Shown here: positions 12,701 through 26,668 of the stretch, in pieces
How positions within the stretch are numbered: position 1 is the stretch's first letter
How the letters are laid out: each line of letters starts with the position of its first letter
DNA from: Leucoraja ocellata
Taxonomy: Eukaryota
NCBI GenBank assembly: GCA_036785375.1
Contig: JAWMAR010000070.1
Coordinates: forward strand, 7,378,001 to 7,442,000
Length of the DNA: 64,000 nt
Direction: 5' to 3'
Program-made: the position numbers and the translations under genes
The notes under the pieces: model-generated
Database searches by the model: none
What the model was told of the DNA's origin: nothing
What the model saw: the letters and a program-made list of their open reading frames with translations, nothing else

Positions 12701-14671
12701 ACAGAAATTCACTGTACACACCACCCACTGGTATCTGGGATGGTGGAAAGAGTCAATGGGGATTGCAAAACAAAATTACCCCGGAGGTAAATCCTTTTCC
12801 TGACAAGCAACTATGTTATAAAAATTGGGGATGAAGGAAAATTCAATGGAGAAATGAGGATAGGATAGGGAGACTGAATAGTCAAGGGCAGTCTGACTAA
12901 TCATGATCTGGATCAATGTCCAATTAGGGTTAGGTGACCAGGATTTTGGTCAACAGAAGTCTTGTCAGAAAAAGGGAAAGTAAATTACAAAGAGATGTCT
13001 TTGAAGATGAAATATTATATACTGCTGGTAAAACAATGTTTTTGTATATGTACTGCTTGTAAAACAATGTTTTTTGTATGTGGAATGTGTGAAATTCGAA
13101 GCAATGAGCAAAGTTGTGTGTCGCTTTAAATAGTTTGTCCTTTAAAATGCAAATAGACAAAGTTTATGGTGTGCTCAGTTAAAGAAACAGGCATGAATGG
13201 GGGGGCGGAGCTATACTCGATGATAAAATGTGTTGGTTGATTATAAATCTTTTAAACCAAGTTTTAAAAAAAAGACTCATCCCGATTAAAGTGTTAAATG
13301 AGATTGGAAATGTCAAAATTACAGAGAAAAGAAAATGTATTATTGATTACTGATTCTGAATGAGTTTTTTTGGGAAAGATTGTTTTGATATGATAACAGA
13401 GGTTGTCTTTTAAAATGTAAATGAAGCAAGATTACTGTTTTCAAGCAAACAAAAAGATGTTGCTGTAGCATGTGCTGTGTGAGTGAAATGAAGGTAGATG
13501 AAAAATTGTTTTATGACTTAAAAAAGGGGGTTTGAGGGAACTCACAATGAGGGATGAAAGGTGAGAAGATAAAGTAGATTGGGGAAGAGAACATATTTGG
13601 AGAATTGAATATTTAGGTGGGGAGAGCCTCTTTGGATATAATCGGATTAAAGGATAAATTCACAGGGAAGTGTTAAGAAGGGACTGGAGATACTGGAGGA
13701 TCAAAGGGGGACAAAAGTGCTGGAGAAACAGCTGGTGAACAAGATTCACAACTTTTTATTGATACAGGAAAAGCTGCTCTGTCCACCCCCTGGAGAGTGG
13801 GGGAAAGCCACCTACAGGCCCTGGGCAATTAACTAATTATGTATGGTCGGCAATTAACCCATGTCTTGCCAGATCTACATTCCCAGGTTGGAGGAGTTTT
13901 TGCTGGAAACCAGTGACCAAGGCCATAAAGGCTATACGATGGGGGTGCTGGGACAAGAAGAAATTGAGACTGTTGAAAGAAACAACCAAGTGTTGCTAAC
14001 AACATGAACTGCTGTAAAGATGAAAGATCATCGTCGCTGGATACATTTGATTGACTGTGAACAGTTTGTGGAAACAAGGACGATGGGCTATTGATGCTCC
14101 CTTTATTCTGGGGTAGCCCAGCCCACATGGACTGAACTTTCTTCAGAATGGCAAACTTGCAGACTAACCTACATTTAAAGGATGGTACACACCTCCTTTT
14201 AAAAAAGATTGAAGTCAAACATGACAAGCGCAGCAAAGATACCCTGACTACGGACAGTAAGAGGTCTGCAAAGGCCAGTTAAATCTACCTGTTTTTGCCA
14301 CAACCAAGGCACTGGTGTATATTAAGGAAACAGTATATTTGTGACAGGGCATTGTTATGTTGCAAATGCAGTGCCACACAAGAGAAGCATGAACCAGTTA
14401 CACCAGCACACAGGGAATTCCAAATGAAGCCGAATAAAGGCTGAGCAATTTTTATGAACCTTTTCCTGTCCTATGGTAGTATCTTAGTGTCACATCCGGG
14501 GGAGGTTGGTGGCCATTTAAAATGTTTGGAGGGACTTGTGAAACGATTGTCCACTATGAATTGATTGTGCTACTAGTGTACTATTAATTTGTCTGATGAG
14601 ATGCTTATGGTCTTTCGTATGTACTCAGGAAGGACTGCAGTTGTTATCAAAATTTTGATAAAAGGATGGAA

Positions 14672-15338
14672 TGATGAAGCCGAATTTTAGTTAAAAATAT
14701 AAGAAGATATTAAATTGGCTTCTGGGCTAGCTTACAGCTTATATTTAGTGTCAAATTAAACTTTCCTCAGGTTGCGGGGTGTGTGAGATAACATTGTCTC
14801 CCAAGTGAAGGAGCTAGAGAGATATCTTTGAAAGTAAGATGCCATAAACGAAATGACCAATGTTTATGGGGGAGGAGGCAATAAAGGAAGAGAGAAATAA
14901 ACAGTCACATCTTTGTAAACAAATGACCTATGTTTATGAGGGACCAAATGACAGAGGAAGCAGCGAAAAGAGCTAGGGTGGTCTATTTGGAGATAAGGCA
15001 AATGGCCAATGTTTTTAGTATATCTTGTACCATGTAAAAAAAAGGTTTGATGTGATGCATTCTGTGGAAACCTTTTCCAGTACCTCTGACCATGACTAAT
15101 GTCTGTGGAATGTGATAAGGGGACAAAAAAAACCTATTTAAGGCAATGTAATTCTGTTGTTAAGGGGAGGTGGCTGAGCACAGTCAAGTGTCTGTGTTGG
15201 TCACTTGACTGGAGTTCTCGCTCCCTTCCATCGGCTGATGTTAAGTAAAGTTTTGAACTGGTCTACCAAACAGTTTGTGTGGTGTCTGTTTATTAAGAAG
15301 CGAACCTAGTTTAGTAGTTAAGATAAGTAACTTTTTCA
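14672..15338 (+). repeat. LTR 2 (shared middle LTR)
   Basis: 667 bp, preceded by PPT and followed by PBS-like sequence. Confidence 0.92.
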
Positions 15339-18300
15339 TTGGCCTAGTTATGCAGGCCTCGCTGGGACCACATCAACGGCTGACTGTGCAAGAGGTTGCG
15401 GAGGTTGCCGGGATTGGAAGGGAGATAACTGAGCTCTATCGGCCCCCTTGTAAGACCGACTCCCTAGAAACTCCCGGGAACGTCTGTGATCCTTCATCAG
15501 ACATTGAATTGGTTCCCTGCCGAGGTTCTTAGCAACAGACAAAGGTCAGACCAGTTGGGCTTTATATGTTTTTTTTAAGAGGGGATTGTGTATGTATTTT
15601 TAAGGCAGCATTGTGCATGTATTTTTAAGAAAGGTCTTATGTATATTGTTAAGAAGGACGTGAGTGGTTCCTCTCTCTCTCTCTGTCTATCTCTCTTTGT
15701 TTTTTTCTCTCTCTACTAAGGGCTCATCAGCCTTGTTGAGATATCCGTGATTTGTCGGGTTGAGATACGGGGGTTGAAGTGTGTGTCTGGCTTATTGAGA
15801 CATCCGAAGAGTTGTCGGGTTGAGAAATAAGTGACGTTGTATATTACAGTATTAAGAAGTCTACCAAGTTGAAAAAAACTGGGGTCTCGGTTAGCGGGTC
15901 TGCTTCGTTGAGACACTTGGGTCGTATATTAAAGAGTTAAAAAAGTCAGCCAAATTGAGAAACTGGGGTCTCATTTAGTGGGTCGGCCTGGTTGATATAT
16001 TTGGAACGATTCGGAATTAAGAAGTCTGTTTTCTCTCTCTCTCTTTCTATCTATCTATGGGGAATGCTATTGATACCGGTCCTATATATGTGTTATTTGA
16101 ATCCTATGTATAATAAGAAATTTAGAATGTTAAGTTACAAGTTGACCAAATGGTTAGGGGATGAAGCCTGGCCAGTAGGGGGCACATGGAATGTTGAGAC
16201 AATTAAATAAGCAGAGGTGTTGATATGGGAAAGGAAGACAGGAAAGAAATGGAAGAAAGGAATTAAAACATGGAAATCAGGAACAGAGGAGAAGCATGAG
16301 GAGAGTAGAGTTCGAAGTTGGATGGATACTACATGTAAGAAGGGGATAGAGTAGGTATGTTACAAAACTTACCTGAATCGTCAATGAGAATCTGCCATCA
16401 GGCCGTGTGCGTGATTTTGGCGCTGTTTAGAGGAGACAGGTTTAAAACGAGATTTTTACTAGGCTGTTGCAATCGAAAATGTTCAGCCTAGTAAATCATT
16501 AACGGAGAATCACTGGGGGACCCCGTCGCAAAGGGTGTTATTGGTTTTTATGGCCTTGTATGGTGGTTGTAGTAGTTTGGAGGTCACTCTCTAGATCCGC
16601 GACCTCTCGCAGGCCCAGGGTTTTATAAAGCAAACAATTAAAGGTATGTACCTTATTTTTACATTAAAAGGGGCTTCTTAAGAACCTTAAAGTTTTCTAT
16701 AGCGAGTAGCTCATTTTGGGCTTTTTATATCCCGCAGTATTTTTCTGGGCATTTGAGGGCACAAATCCAGCGCAATGTGAACGTTCTAAACCAGCGCATT
16801 CACAGGAACCCACTAGAAAGCAGATTTAAAATAGACTTTAATTTACAGCAATTGAACACTAAATTCCTTCCATTTGGCCTATAAATTGATGTAAATGAGA
16901 TTTAAAAATCATGTTTTATTGTGAATTATTTGTGACTATTATTTGGACACTTAGGCTATTTAAAAATGTTAATCATTTATTAAGAAATGGATAGATGTTT
17001 GGATCTAGTAATTGAAGTTTGAAATTAGCTACAATTGGGTAACTAACTAATTATATGCTTTAATTTCAGGTCATCCAAGTAAGATTATTTTATATTTGTT
17101 TCAGAATGCTTCAATCTATGATAACTGAAAATTTCATTCAGTTCTCTTAATTTTTAAGAAGGTTATGGGCTTTTGACTGTCCATGATCACAGTTTTTTTG
17201 TTATGTCCATAGAAAATCAATAGGGAACAAGATGCTAATTCCCGAGTATGAAAATGGCCATAATTCTTTTATTACTTGAGATATGAAAGTGAATTAGGTG
17301 TCAAATTAAACTTATTGTTATGCTTTATCTGATGGGATAAATTGCAGACTTGATTTTTTAAATCTCACAATTTTGTAACATTGCTAGATAGAGTTAAGAA
17401 ACAAGGATAGCACTCGGAAAGGATGGAAATTAGTGCAACTAGAATGCCAGTGGGCAGAGGAACAAGAGAATAGAATTAAAAGACAGACAGGAGGTGAGAA
17501 ACAAGTGATGGTTCGTAAAAAATAAACCCAGTACTGGTAAATCCTCTGGAGGAGACTTCATGTCTGGCACGACAACCCTATTTGGTAATGAAGATGAGGA
17601 GTTAGATAATCTTGAGAGATGTCTACCAGTAGCAATGGCATCTTTACCTGGGACAGTTCCGTCAGTAACATCCCTATAACTTGAAGTTCTGACATTACAA
17701 AGCTCCCCAGGATTGGGAGCACGGGAATCCCTTTCTGTGTGTAATTTGTTAAGGCATTGATGCTACCAGAACAGCTGGTCATTATTAAATGTACTGCACA
17801 CACTGGTGCTGGGGACCCTATAGCAAAAGGCAATGAGTTGCCGATAGTGTATCCAAACAGGCAGCCTGTACATCCAAATGCATAGTGACAGCAGCTAAAC
17901 AGATGCTAGCAAATAGAACGGTCCTGCCAAACATGAGGGAGGTATGTACATTACAGAGGGACGCCTCTTATATATAAAATAATTATGGAAACAAGAGGGC
18001 TGTGCCATTAATTCAGCACACCCCGCTTGGACAAGTTGGTGTATACGATACATTTTTACCCGTCTTACCCATGCTGGTAAGGAGGGAATGATAGGATAAC
18101 AAAGGAAATGTGGTGGCACAACAGAAAATTTGATAAGAGGCACTGAAGCAGGCCTCTGAATGTAAAATTTGCCAATGAAATAATCCAGGCAAACCAATTA
18201 GGATACCCTCAGGGGTGACGCCAATGCCATCATGATCGTTTGAATGCATACAGATTGATTTTATTGAGATGCCAAGGGCCCAGTGTTATAAATATTGCGT

Positions 18301-20354
18301 ATTGATTTTAGATTTATTTAGTAGGTGGAGTGAAGCTCTACCAACCACCAATAATAAGGAAAATGTGCACATTTTAATATCTGACAGAAATTCACTGTAC
18401 ACACCACCCACTGGTATCTGGGATGGTGGAAAGAGTCAATGGGGATTGCAAAACAAAATTACCCCGGAGGTAAATCCTTTTCCTGACAAGCAACTATGTT
18501 ATAAAAATTGGGGATGAAGGAAAATTCAATGGAGAAATGAGGATAGGATAGGGAGACTGAATAGTCAAGGGCAGTCTGACTAATCATGATCTGGATCAAT
18601 GTCCAATTAGGGTTAGGTGACCAGGATTTTGGTCAACAGAAGTCTTGTCAGAAAAAGGGAAAGTAAATTACAAAGAGATGTCTTTGAAGATGAAATATTA
18701 TATACTGCTGGTAAAACAATGTTTTTGTATATGTACTGCTTGTAAAACAATGTTTTTTGTATGTGGAATGTGTGAAATTCGAAGCAATGAGCAAAGTTGT
18801 GTGTCGCTTTAAATAGTTTGTCCTTTAAAATGCAAATAGACAAAGTTTATGGTGTGCTCAGTTAAAGAAACAGGCATGAATGGGGGGGCGGAGCTATACT
18901 CGATGATAAAATGTGTTGGTTGATTATAAATCTTTTAAACCAAGTTTTAAAAAAAAGACTCATCCCGATTAAAGTGTTAAATGAGATTGGAAATGTCAAA
19001 ATTACAGAGAAAAGAAAATGTATTATTGATTACTGATTCTGAATGAGTTTTTTTGGGAAAGATTGTTTTGATATGATAACAGAGGTTGTCTTTTAAAATG
19101 TAAATGAAGCAAGATTACTGTTTTCAAGCAAACAAAAAGATGTTGCTGTAGCATGTGCTGTGTGAGTGAAATGAAGGTAGATGAAAAATTGTTTTATGAC
19201 TTAAAAAAGGGGGTTTGAGGGAACTCACAATGAGGGATGAAAGGTGAGAAGATAAAGTAGATTGGGGAAGAGAACATATTTGGAGAATTGAATATTTAGG
19301 TGGGGAGAGCCTCTTTGGATATAATCGGATTAAAGGATAAATTCACAGGGAAGTGTTAAGAAGGGACTGGAGATACTGGAGGATCAAAGGGGGACAAAAG
19401 TGCTGGAGAAACAGCTGGTGAACAAGATTCACAACTTTTTATTGATACAGGAAAAGCTGCTCTGTCCACCCCCTGGAGAGTGGGGGAAAGCCACCTACAG
19501 GCCCTGGGCAATTAACTAATTATGTATGGTCGGCAATTAACCCATGTCTTGCCAGATCTACATTCCCAGGTTGGAGGAGTTTTTGCTGGAAACCAGTGAC
19601 CAAGGCCATAAAGGCTATACGATGGGGGTGCTGGGACAAGAAGAAATTGAGACTGTTGAAAGAAACAACCAAGTGTTGCTAACAACATGAACTGCTGTAA
19701 AGATGAAAGATCATCGTCGCTGGATACATTTGATTGACTGTGAACAGTTTGTGGAAACAAGGACGATGGGCTATTGATGCTCCCTTTATTCTGGGGTAGC
19801 CCAGCCCACATGGACTGAACTTTCTTCAGAATGGCAAACTTGCAGACTAACCTACATTTAAAGGATGGTACACACCTCCTTTTAAAAAAGATTGAAGTCA
19901 AACATGACAAGCGCAGCAAAGATACCCTGACTACGGACAGTAAGAGGTCTGCAAAGGCCAGTTAAATCTACCTGTTTTTGCCACAACCAAGGCACTGGTG
20001 TATATTAAGGAAACAGTATATTTGTGACAGGGCATTGTTATGTTGCAAATGCAGTGCCACACAAGAGAAGCATGAACCAGTTACACCAGCACACAGGGAA
20101 TTCCAAATGAAGCCGAATAAAGGCTGAGCAATTTTTATGAACCTTTTCCTGTCCTATGGTAGTATCTTAGTGTCACATCCGGGGGAGGTTGGTGGCCATT
20201 TAAAATGTTTGGAGGGACTTGTGAAACGATTGTCCACTATGAATTGATTGTGCTACTAGTGTACTATTAATTTGTCTGATGAGATGCTTATGGTCTTTCG
20301 TATGTACTCAGGAAGGACTGCAGTTGTTATCAAAATTTTGATAAAAGGATGGAA

Positions 20355-21021
20355 TGATGAAGCCGAATTTTAGTTAAAAATATAAGAAGATATTAAATTG
20401 GCTTCTGGGCTAGCTTACAGCTTATATTTAGTGTCAAATTAAACTTTCCTCAGGTTGCGGGGTGTGTGAGATAACATTGTCTCCCAAGTGAAGGAGCTAG
20501 AGAGATATCTTTGAAAGTAAGATGCCATAAACCAAATGACCAATGTTTATGGGGGAGGAGGCAATAAAGGAAGAGAGAAATAGACAGTCACATCTTTGTA
20601 AACAAATGACCTATGTTTATGAGGGACCAAATGACAGAGGAAGCAGCGAAAAGAGCTAGGGTGGTCTATTTGGAGATAAGGCAAATGGCCAATGTTTTTA
20701 GTATATCTTGTACCATGTTAAAAAAAGGTTTGATGTGATGCATTCTGTGGAAACCTTTTCCAGTACCTCTGACCATGAATAATGTCTGTGGAATGTGATA
20801 AGGGGACAAAAAAACCCTATTTAAGGCAATGTAATTCTGTTGTTAAGGGGAGGTGGCTGAGGACAGTCAAGTGTCTGTGTTGGTCACTTGACTGGAGTTC
20901 TCCCTCCCTTCCATCGGCCGATGTTAAGTAAAGTTTTGAACTGGTCTACCAAACAGTTTGTGTGGTGTCTGTTTATTAAGAAGCGAACCTGGTTTAGTAG
21001 TTAAGATAAGTAGCTTTTTCA
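20355..21021 (+). repeat. LTR 3 (3')
   Basis: 667 bp, followed by TSD GTGT. Confidence 0.92.
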
Positions 21022-21169
21022 GTGTGGTCTATAGATATTGATGACTTCAGTGGAACAAGATGTAAAGAAGGTGTTTATCCCTCGATCAGCGCATTGAAAT
21101 CCCTCCTCAACATTAACAGTTCGGAACAATTATTATTTGCATCCCAAGTCAAACTGAACTGCCCTCATT

Positions 21170-21412
21170 TGTGTTTAAGAAGGAACTGCAGATGCTGGAA
21201 AATCGAAGGTAGACAAAAGTGCTGGAGAAACTCAGCGGGTGCAGCAACATCTATGGAGCAAAGGAAATAGGCAACGTTTTAGGACGAAACCCTTCCGGGT
21301 TTGGCCCGAAACGTTGCCTATTTCCAGAAGGGTTTTGGGACGAAATGTTGCCTATTTCCTTTGCTCTATAGATGCTGCTGCACCCGCTGAGTTTCTCCAG
21401 CATTTTTGTCTT
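21170..21412. mobile_element. Palindromic repeat, probably Penelope-like element termini; related copies ~8645-8735, 22520-22760, 27295-27400
   Basis: gctggagaaactcagcgggtgcagc...atctatggag...aaataggcaacgttt followed by its reverse complement; cccgaaacgttg motif. Confidence 0.6.
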
Positions 21413-21664
21413 CTCTTACTTGTTCCAATCCAGAATATTTTAACAGGTCTGAGCAGCAAAGATGTGCCATGGAGTTGCCTTTAGCTGAGTTGAGTCGAGT
21501 TGACTTGAGTTTAGTTCAGATTTGTTTAGATTTATACAATGGTATATGGACACACTGATCTGTTCTGTATTTGTGCCTACTATGTTCTGTTGTGCTGAAG
21601 CAAAGCAAGAATTTCATTGTCCTATCAGGGACACATGACAATAATCTCTCTTGAACACTTGAAC

Positions 21665-21905
21665 TTGAGTGATCACCCGTAAACTAGTTCTAACCTACAC
21701 ACAAGGGACAATTTACTGAAGCCAATTAACCTACAAACCCGCACGTCTTTGACATCTGTGAGGAAACTGTAGCACCTGGGAGAAACCCTCACGGTCATAG
21801 GGAAAAAGTACAACCACCGTACAGACAGTACCTACAGTCAGCATTGAACCCGGGTCACTAGCGCTGTACAGCAGCAAGTCTACTGCTGTATCACTGAGCC
21901 TCCCT
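21665..21905 (-). mobile_element. tRNA-derived SINE (HE1/V-SINE-like); homologues in each B unit (e.g. 31345-31585)
   Basis: Recurrent gtgatcaccc...acaatttac...aacctacaaac...cccgggtc...gcagcaactctaccgctgcgccactgt sequence. Confidence 0.65.
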
Positions 21906-21979
21906 TACATTGGCCTCTTGCACAGTTGCAGCAGCTGATTAGAGTCCAGTTTTGACCCTTGTTGGGATTGTGCACAAAC

Positions 21980-22400
21980 ATAGAAAATTGGTGCAGGAGG
22001 AGGCCATTCGGCCCCTCGATCCAGCAGCGCCATTCAATATGATCATGGCTGAACATCCTAAATCACTACCACTTTCCTGCTTTCTCCCCATATCCCTTGA
22101 TTCCGTTAGCACTAAGAGCTTAATCTAACTCTCTCTTGAAAACATCCAGTGAATTGGCCTCCACTGCCTTCTGTGGCAGAGAATTCCACAGATTCACAAT
22201 TCTCTGGGTGAAAATGTTTTTTTCATCTCAGTCCTAAATGGCCGACACCTTATTCTTAAACTGTGTGACCACTGGTTCTGGACTCCCCCAACATCGGGAA
22301 TATTTTTCCTGCACCTATCTAGTCTGTCCGATCCCTTAAGAATTTTATATGTTTTTATAAATATGTTCCAGTCTCATCCTAAATTCCAGTGAATACAAGC
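21980..22400 (-). mobile_element. CR1-type LINE 3' fragment
   Basis: Reverse complement of the CR1 ORF2 end and 3'UTR. Confidence 0.8.
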
Positions 22401-22659
22401 ACAGTCGATCCATTCTTTCGTCATATGTCAGGGGTGGAAGATTGCAACCTTCACGAGGTCCACCCTGTTTCGACTAATGCAATCAATTCGACGTGCACAA
22501 ACGGAAGATCAAATAGAACAAAGGTAGACAAAAATGCTGGAGAGACTCAGCGGGTGCAGCAGCATCTATGTAGCAAAGGAAATAGGCAATGTTTCGGAAC
22601 GAAACCCTTCTGGAAATAGGCAACGTTTCAAGCCAAAACCCGGAAGGGTTTCGGCCCGA

Positions 22660-24070
22660 AACGTTGCCTATTTCCTTCGCTCCATAGATGCTGCTGCACC
22701 CGCTGAGTTTCTCCAGGATTTTTGTGTACCTTCGATTTTCCAGTATCTGCAGTTTCTTCTTCAACATCAAATAGAACAAGTTGTCCTACAACTTTAGGCT
22801 GTGCACGCCACACGAAAGAAGAAGTTGACATGTCAGTCCCGCCATCCCGGGTATTAACCTGGTGAACCTACGTTGCACTCCCTCAATAGCAAGAATGCCC
22901 TTCCTCAAGATGACAGTGAAGGGCCGCCACTACACAGACACCCAGTAGACCTGATAGAATGATATAAAATTATGAGAGGCGTAGATAGCTGAGATAACCT
23001 GAAGCAATTTCCCGAAGGCTTTGGAGACGGTGCAGAAACGGTTCCCCAGAATGATGTCGGGATCGGAGGTTGTTAGTTATATGGACAGGTTGGATAATCT
23101 TGGATTGGTTTCTCTAGAACTTCAGATGTTGAGCGGAGACCTGACAGAAGGTAATAAAATTCTTAAGGGGTTGGACAGGCTAGATGCAGGAACGTTGTTC
23201 CCGATGTTGGGGAAGTCCAGAACAAGGGGTCACAGTTTAAGGATAAGGGGGAAATCTTTTAGGACCGAGATGAGAAAAACATTTTTCACACAGAGAGTGG
23301 TGAATCTGTGGAATTCTCTGCCGCAGAAGGTAGTTGAGGCCACAGTTCATTGGCTTTTTTTAGGAGGGAGATAGATGTGGCCCTTGTGGCTAAAGGGATC
23401 AGGGGGTATGGAGCGAAGGCAGATACAGGATACTGAGTTGGATGATCAGCCATGATCATATTGAATGGCGGTGCAGGCTCGAAGGGCCGAATGGTCAACT
23501 CCTGCACCTATTGTCTATTGTCTATTGAGATAGGAAACATTTAAAGATGTGCGAAGCACAGAGGGTGGTGGGTGCCTGGAACACGATGCTGTGGGTGGTG
23601 GAGGCAGATACAATAGTTCAGAGTCTTTATCTAAAAAATCTCATGGATATGCAGGGAATTGAGATTATGGATCAGGTGCAGGCAGAGGAGATTAGCTGAA
23701 CTTGGCAGCATGTTCAGCACGGACCTTGTGGGCCGAAGGGCCTGTTCCTGTGCTGTTCCATGTTCTATGTTACATAGTCTTCTCAATCACATCTTGAGAA
23801 GAACATTTTCCAGAGGTGCCCTGGTACCACCAGTGTGACATTCATTGTATCTGCTGCAGTCAATGAGTGTGTTGTGTAGACAGCCAGAGGAGAAGATGGG
23901 ATTTATGTGCAGTTTCATTTTGTAATCATTATTTATTTAATGTCATAGTGTAATAGAGTCATAGAGTGATACAGCGTGGAAACAGGCCCTTCGGCCCAAC
24001 TTGCCCACACTGGCCAACATGTCCCAGCTACACTAGTCTCACCTGCCTGTGTTTGGTCCATATCCCTCCA
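22660..24070 (+). repeat. Segmental direct duplicate of ~27295-28670 (mosaic of CR1 fragments)
   Basis: Same order of fragments (METVQK..MMSGSEVVSYMDRLDNLGLVSLE ORF at 23021 and 27658); part also matches ~4840-5330. Confidence 0.8.
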
Positions 24071-24949
24071 CACCTGTCCTCTCCATGTACATGACTCACT
24101 GTTTCTTAAACATTGGGATCTAAATGTTGCCTCACCAACGCAAGATGACCTCCCAACCTCTATACTCCATACTGTGACTGATGAAGGCCAAAGTACCAAA
24201 AGCCTTTTTGACCACCGTATCTACCTGCAACTGCATCTTCAAGGAACCATGTACCTTCACTCATAGATCCCTCTGCTATACAACATTCCCCAGAGCTGGA
24301 CTATTCACTGTGTAGGTCCTGCACATGTTAGAAACATAGAAACATAGAAACTAGGTGCAGGAGTAGGCCATTCAGCCCTTCGAGCCTGCACCGCCATTCA
24401 ATATGATCATGGCTGATCATCCAACACAGTTTCCAGTACCTGCCTTCTCTCCATACCCTCTGATCCCCTTAGCCACAAGGGCCACATCTAACTCCCTCTT
24501 CAATATAGCCATTGAATTGGCCTCGACTACCCTCTGGTTACCCTCTCCCCAAGACTCCCCAAAACACAACATCTCACATTACTCTGTATTAAATTCCATC
24601 AACCGTTCCTCAGCCCAACTGGCCAATATTTCAGGATCCTGCTGCAATTTTTCACAACCATCTCCACTATCTGCAAAACCGCCTACTTTAGTGTCATAGA
24701 AACATAGAAAATGGGTGCAGGAGTAGAGGCCATTCGGCCCTTCGAGCCTGCACCGCTATTCAATATGATCATGGCTGATCATCCAACTCAGTATCCTGTA
24801 CCAGCCTTCTCTCCATACCCCCTGATCCCTTTAGCCACAAGGGCCACATCTAACTCCCTCTTAAATATAGTCATCTGCCTTTACTTCTGTTCCTGTTCTC
24901 AACATTTTCCACATGTTGTTCCGTCCCCGTGTGGTCATGGACAATGTTG

Positions 24950-25072
24950 GACACAGCTCATAGAAGCCGGCGATGTTGCCCGTAGTGAGCAAGAGTTGCA
25001 CAAAGTTCACACCCAACTCAATGCTGGCGTACAAAGAATCACTCACACCGGCTGTCTTCAAGAGAGTTTATT
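24950..25072 (-). terminator. Putative polyadenylation signal of A3 (AATAAA 25067-25072) with GT-rich element
   Basis: Conserved 3' block shared with A2 and the B genes. Confidence 0.6.
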
Positions 25073-25506
25073 TCCATTAATGATACATTTACCAATGCAA
25101 GCACGATCTGTCCCATTGCACTACATTTGCCCCATATCCCCCTAAACCTTTCCCTGTCCCAAGTGTGTATTAAATATTCTTACAATTCCCACCCCACCAG
25201 ATAGTTCTATAAACCCACCGCCCCCTGAGTGAAAATGTTGCCCCTCGGGTTCCTATTAAATCTTGCCCCTCTAACCTTAAACTTATGTCCCCCTGGTTCT
25301 TGATTCCCGTACCCCAGGTAAAAGATGTTTTGTGTTCACCCCTCTATTCCCCTCATGATGAATTAAGTGACTACAATATAGAATGCTGTTGTTGGCCTAA
25401 GTGTGTGAAGTTTATAATGATGGATGTTATTGTGTGTTTGTGCTGTCCTGCCACTGCCTGTTGCTTCTGTGACATGGGGGGGCCTGTGCTGGGTCAGTGT
25501 GAGGTT

Positions 25507-26019
25507 TCACATCACTGTCAGCTTGGTATTTAGTCTACATTCCTCTTTGCCAGTGAACCAAGCGCAGGAATACATCCCAACATCACTCTTCTGTAAACCC
25601 GTGATGACCAACGAGGCATCCCGTGTCCCATCCACGTTTGTTTCCTTGAACGACCAGCGGCCGGCCCCCCCTGGATAGGTCGCACCTTTCCCTTTAGTAA
25701 ACACGGCCAGTGTCCCCTTCCCTTTACTCCAGGTGACAGCAAAGTTGCTGGGTCCATCCTTCCCTGTGGGTACTATACAGGGTAGCGTAGCAGAACCACC
25801 CTTTGCCGTCACATCCGTGAATTTCATCTTGTTCGCAGCTGGCCTAGCACCGCATTCTGGAGTATCTTGTTTGTTGACTTGTCGAGGCTCCCGTGCGTTC
25901 CACCCGGGCAAGTTTGCTTCCTCTCCCCATTCTCTGGAGATCGGACCTGTTCCAGTTGCGGAGACTTGCCACACCATCTCCACAAGGACCATGAATCCTA
26001 TCCATCTCTGCAGTCCCAT
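25507..26019 (-). CDS. Secreted single V-set Ig-domain protein, copy A3 (170 aa)
   Basis: Same leader; REPR|Q; GGSATLPC, VTW, DASLVITGL..SDVGMYSC, ECRLNTKLTVM*. Confidence 0.88.
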   Translation of the reverse strand: MGLQRWIGFMVLVEMVWQVSATGTGPISREWGEEANLPGWNAREPRQVNKQDTPECGARPAANKMKFTDVTAKGGSATLPCIVPTGKDGPSNFAVTWSKGKGTLAVFTKGKGATYPGGAGRWSFKETNVDGTRDASLVITGLQKSDVGMYSCAWFTGKEECRLNTKLTVM

Positions 26020-26668
26020 GTTCCTGTGGGTGAAACAATGGGTCACCTTATTGCAACTCAGTAGGATTCATGATGACATTCCCTGAACCCGCCCAGAGTT
26101 GGGGAATCGAGAACCAGAGGACATCGGTTTAAGGCGAGGGGGGGGGGGAAAGATTTAATGGGAAACTGAGGGGTGACTTTTTTACACAAAGGGTGGAGGG
26201 TGTTTGGAACGAGCTGCCGGAAGAGGTAGTTGGGGCAGGTACTATCACAATGATTAAGAAACAGTTAGACAGGTACATTGATAGGACAGGATTAGAGGGG
26301 TAAGGGCCAAACGCAGGCAGGTGGGTCTAGTATTGATGGGACACGTTGGTGGGCGTGGGCAAGTTGGGCCGAAGGTCTCGCTGTGACTCTATGACTCCAT
26401 CACTTGTCCCACCCCGGTCATTCCTCCTTCTCCCTGGTCCTGTCTAGCAGAAGGTACAGAAGCTTGAAAGCGCGCACCACCAGACTCAGGAACAGCTTCT
26501 TCCCCTCTGCTATCAGGCTTCTGAACTGGGGGAACAGTGAACAGAGACAATCCCACCCCCATCACTCACAGACACTTGAAGGATCCACAGGGTTGGTTAC
26601 CAGCTCCGGAGTCTCCACACAGGGTGACGGGGTCGGTCTTGTTCTCATCTCCTGCCATCGCTCGCTCC

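Larger units (their letters stand above)
8989..21021 (+). mobile_element. Tandem defective endogenous retrovirus: LTR-internal-LTR-internal-LTR, period 5683 bp
   Basis: Three 667-bp TG...CA LTRs; 4-bp TSD GTGT (8985-8988 and 21022-21025); polypurine tract aaaaggatggaa before LTR2 and LTR3; degenerate PBS tggcctagttatgcagg after LTR1 and LTR2; RNase H and integrase remnants. Confidence 0.93.

Noticed and set aside
13500-14640. env or accessory gene in the ERV 3' region
   Set aside because: No plus-strand ORF or recognisable env motif found.
21280-21350. Hammerhead ribozyme in the Penelope-like repeats (cgaaac motif)
   Set aside because: The CTGANGA core is not intact in these copies, so an active ribozyme is not supported.
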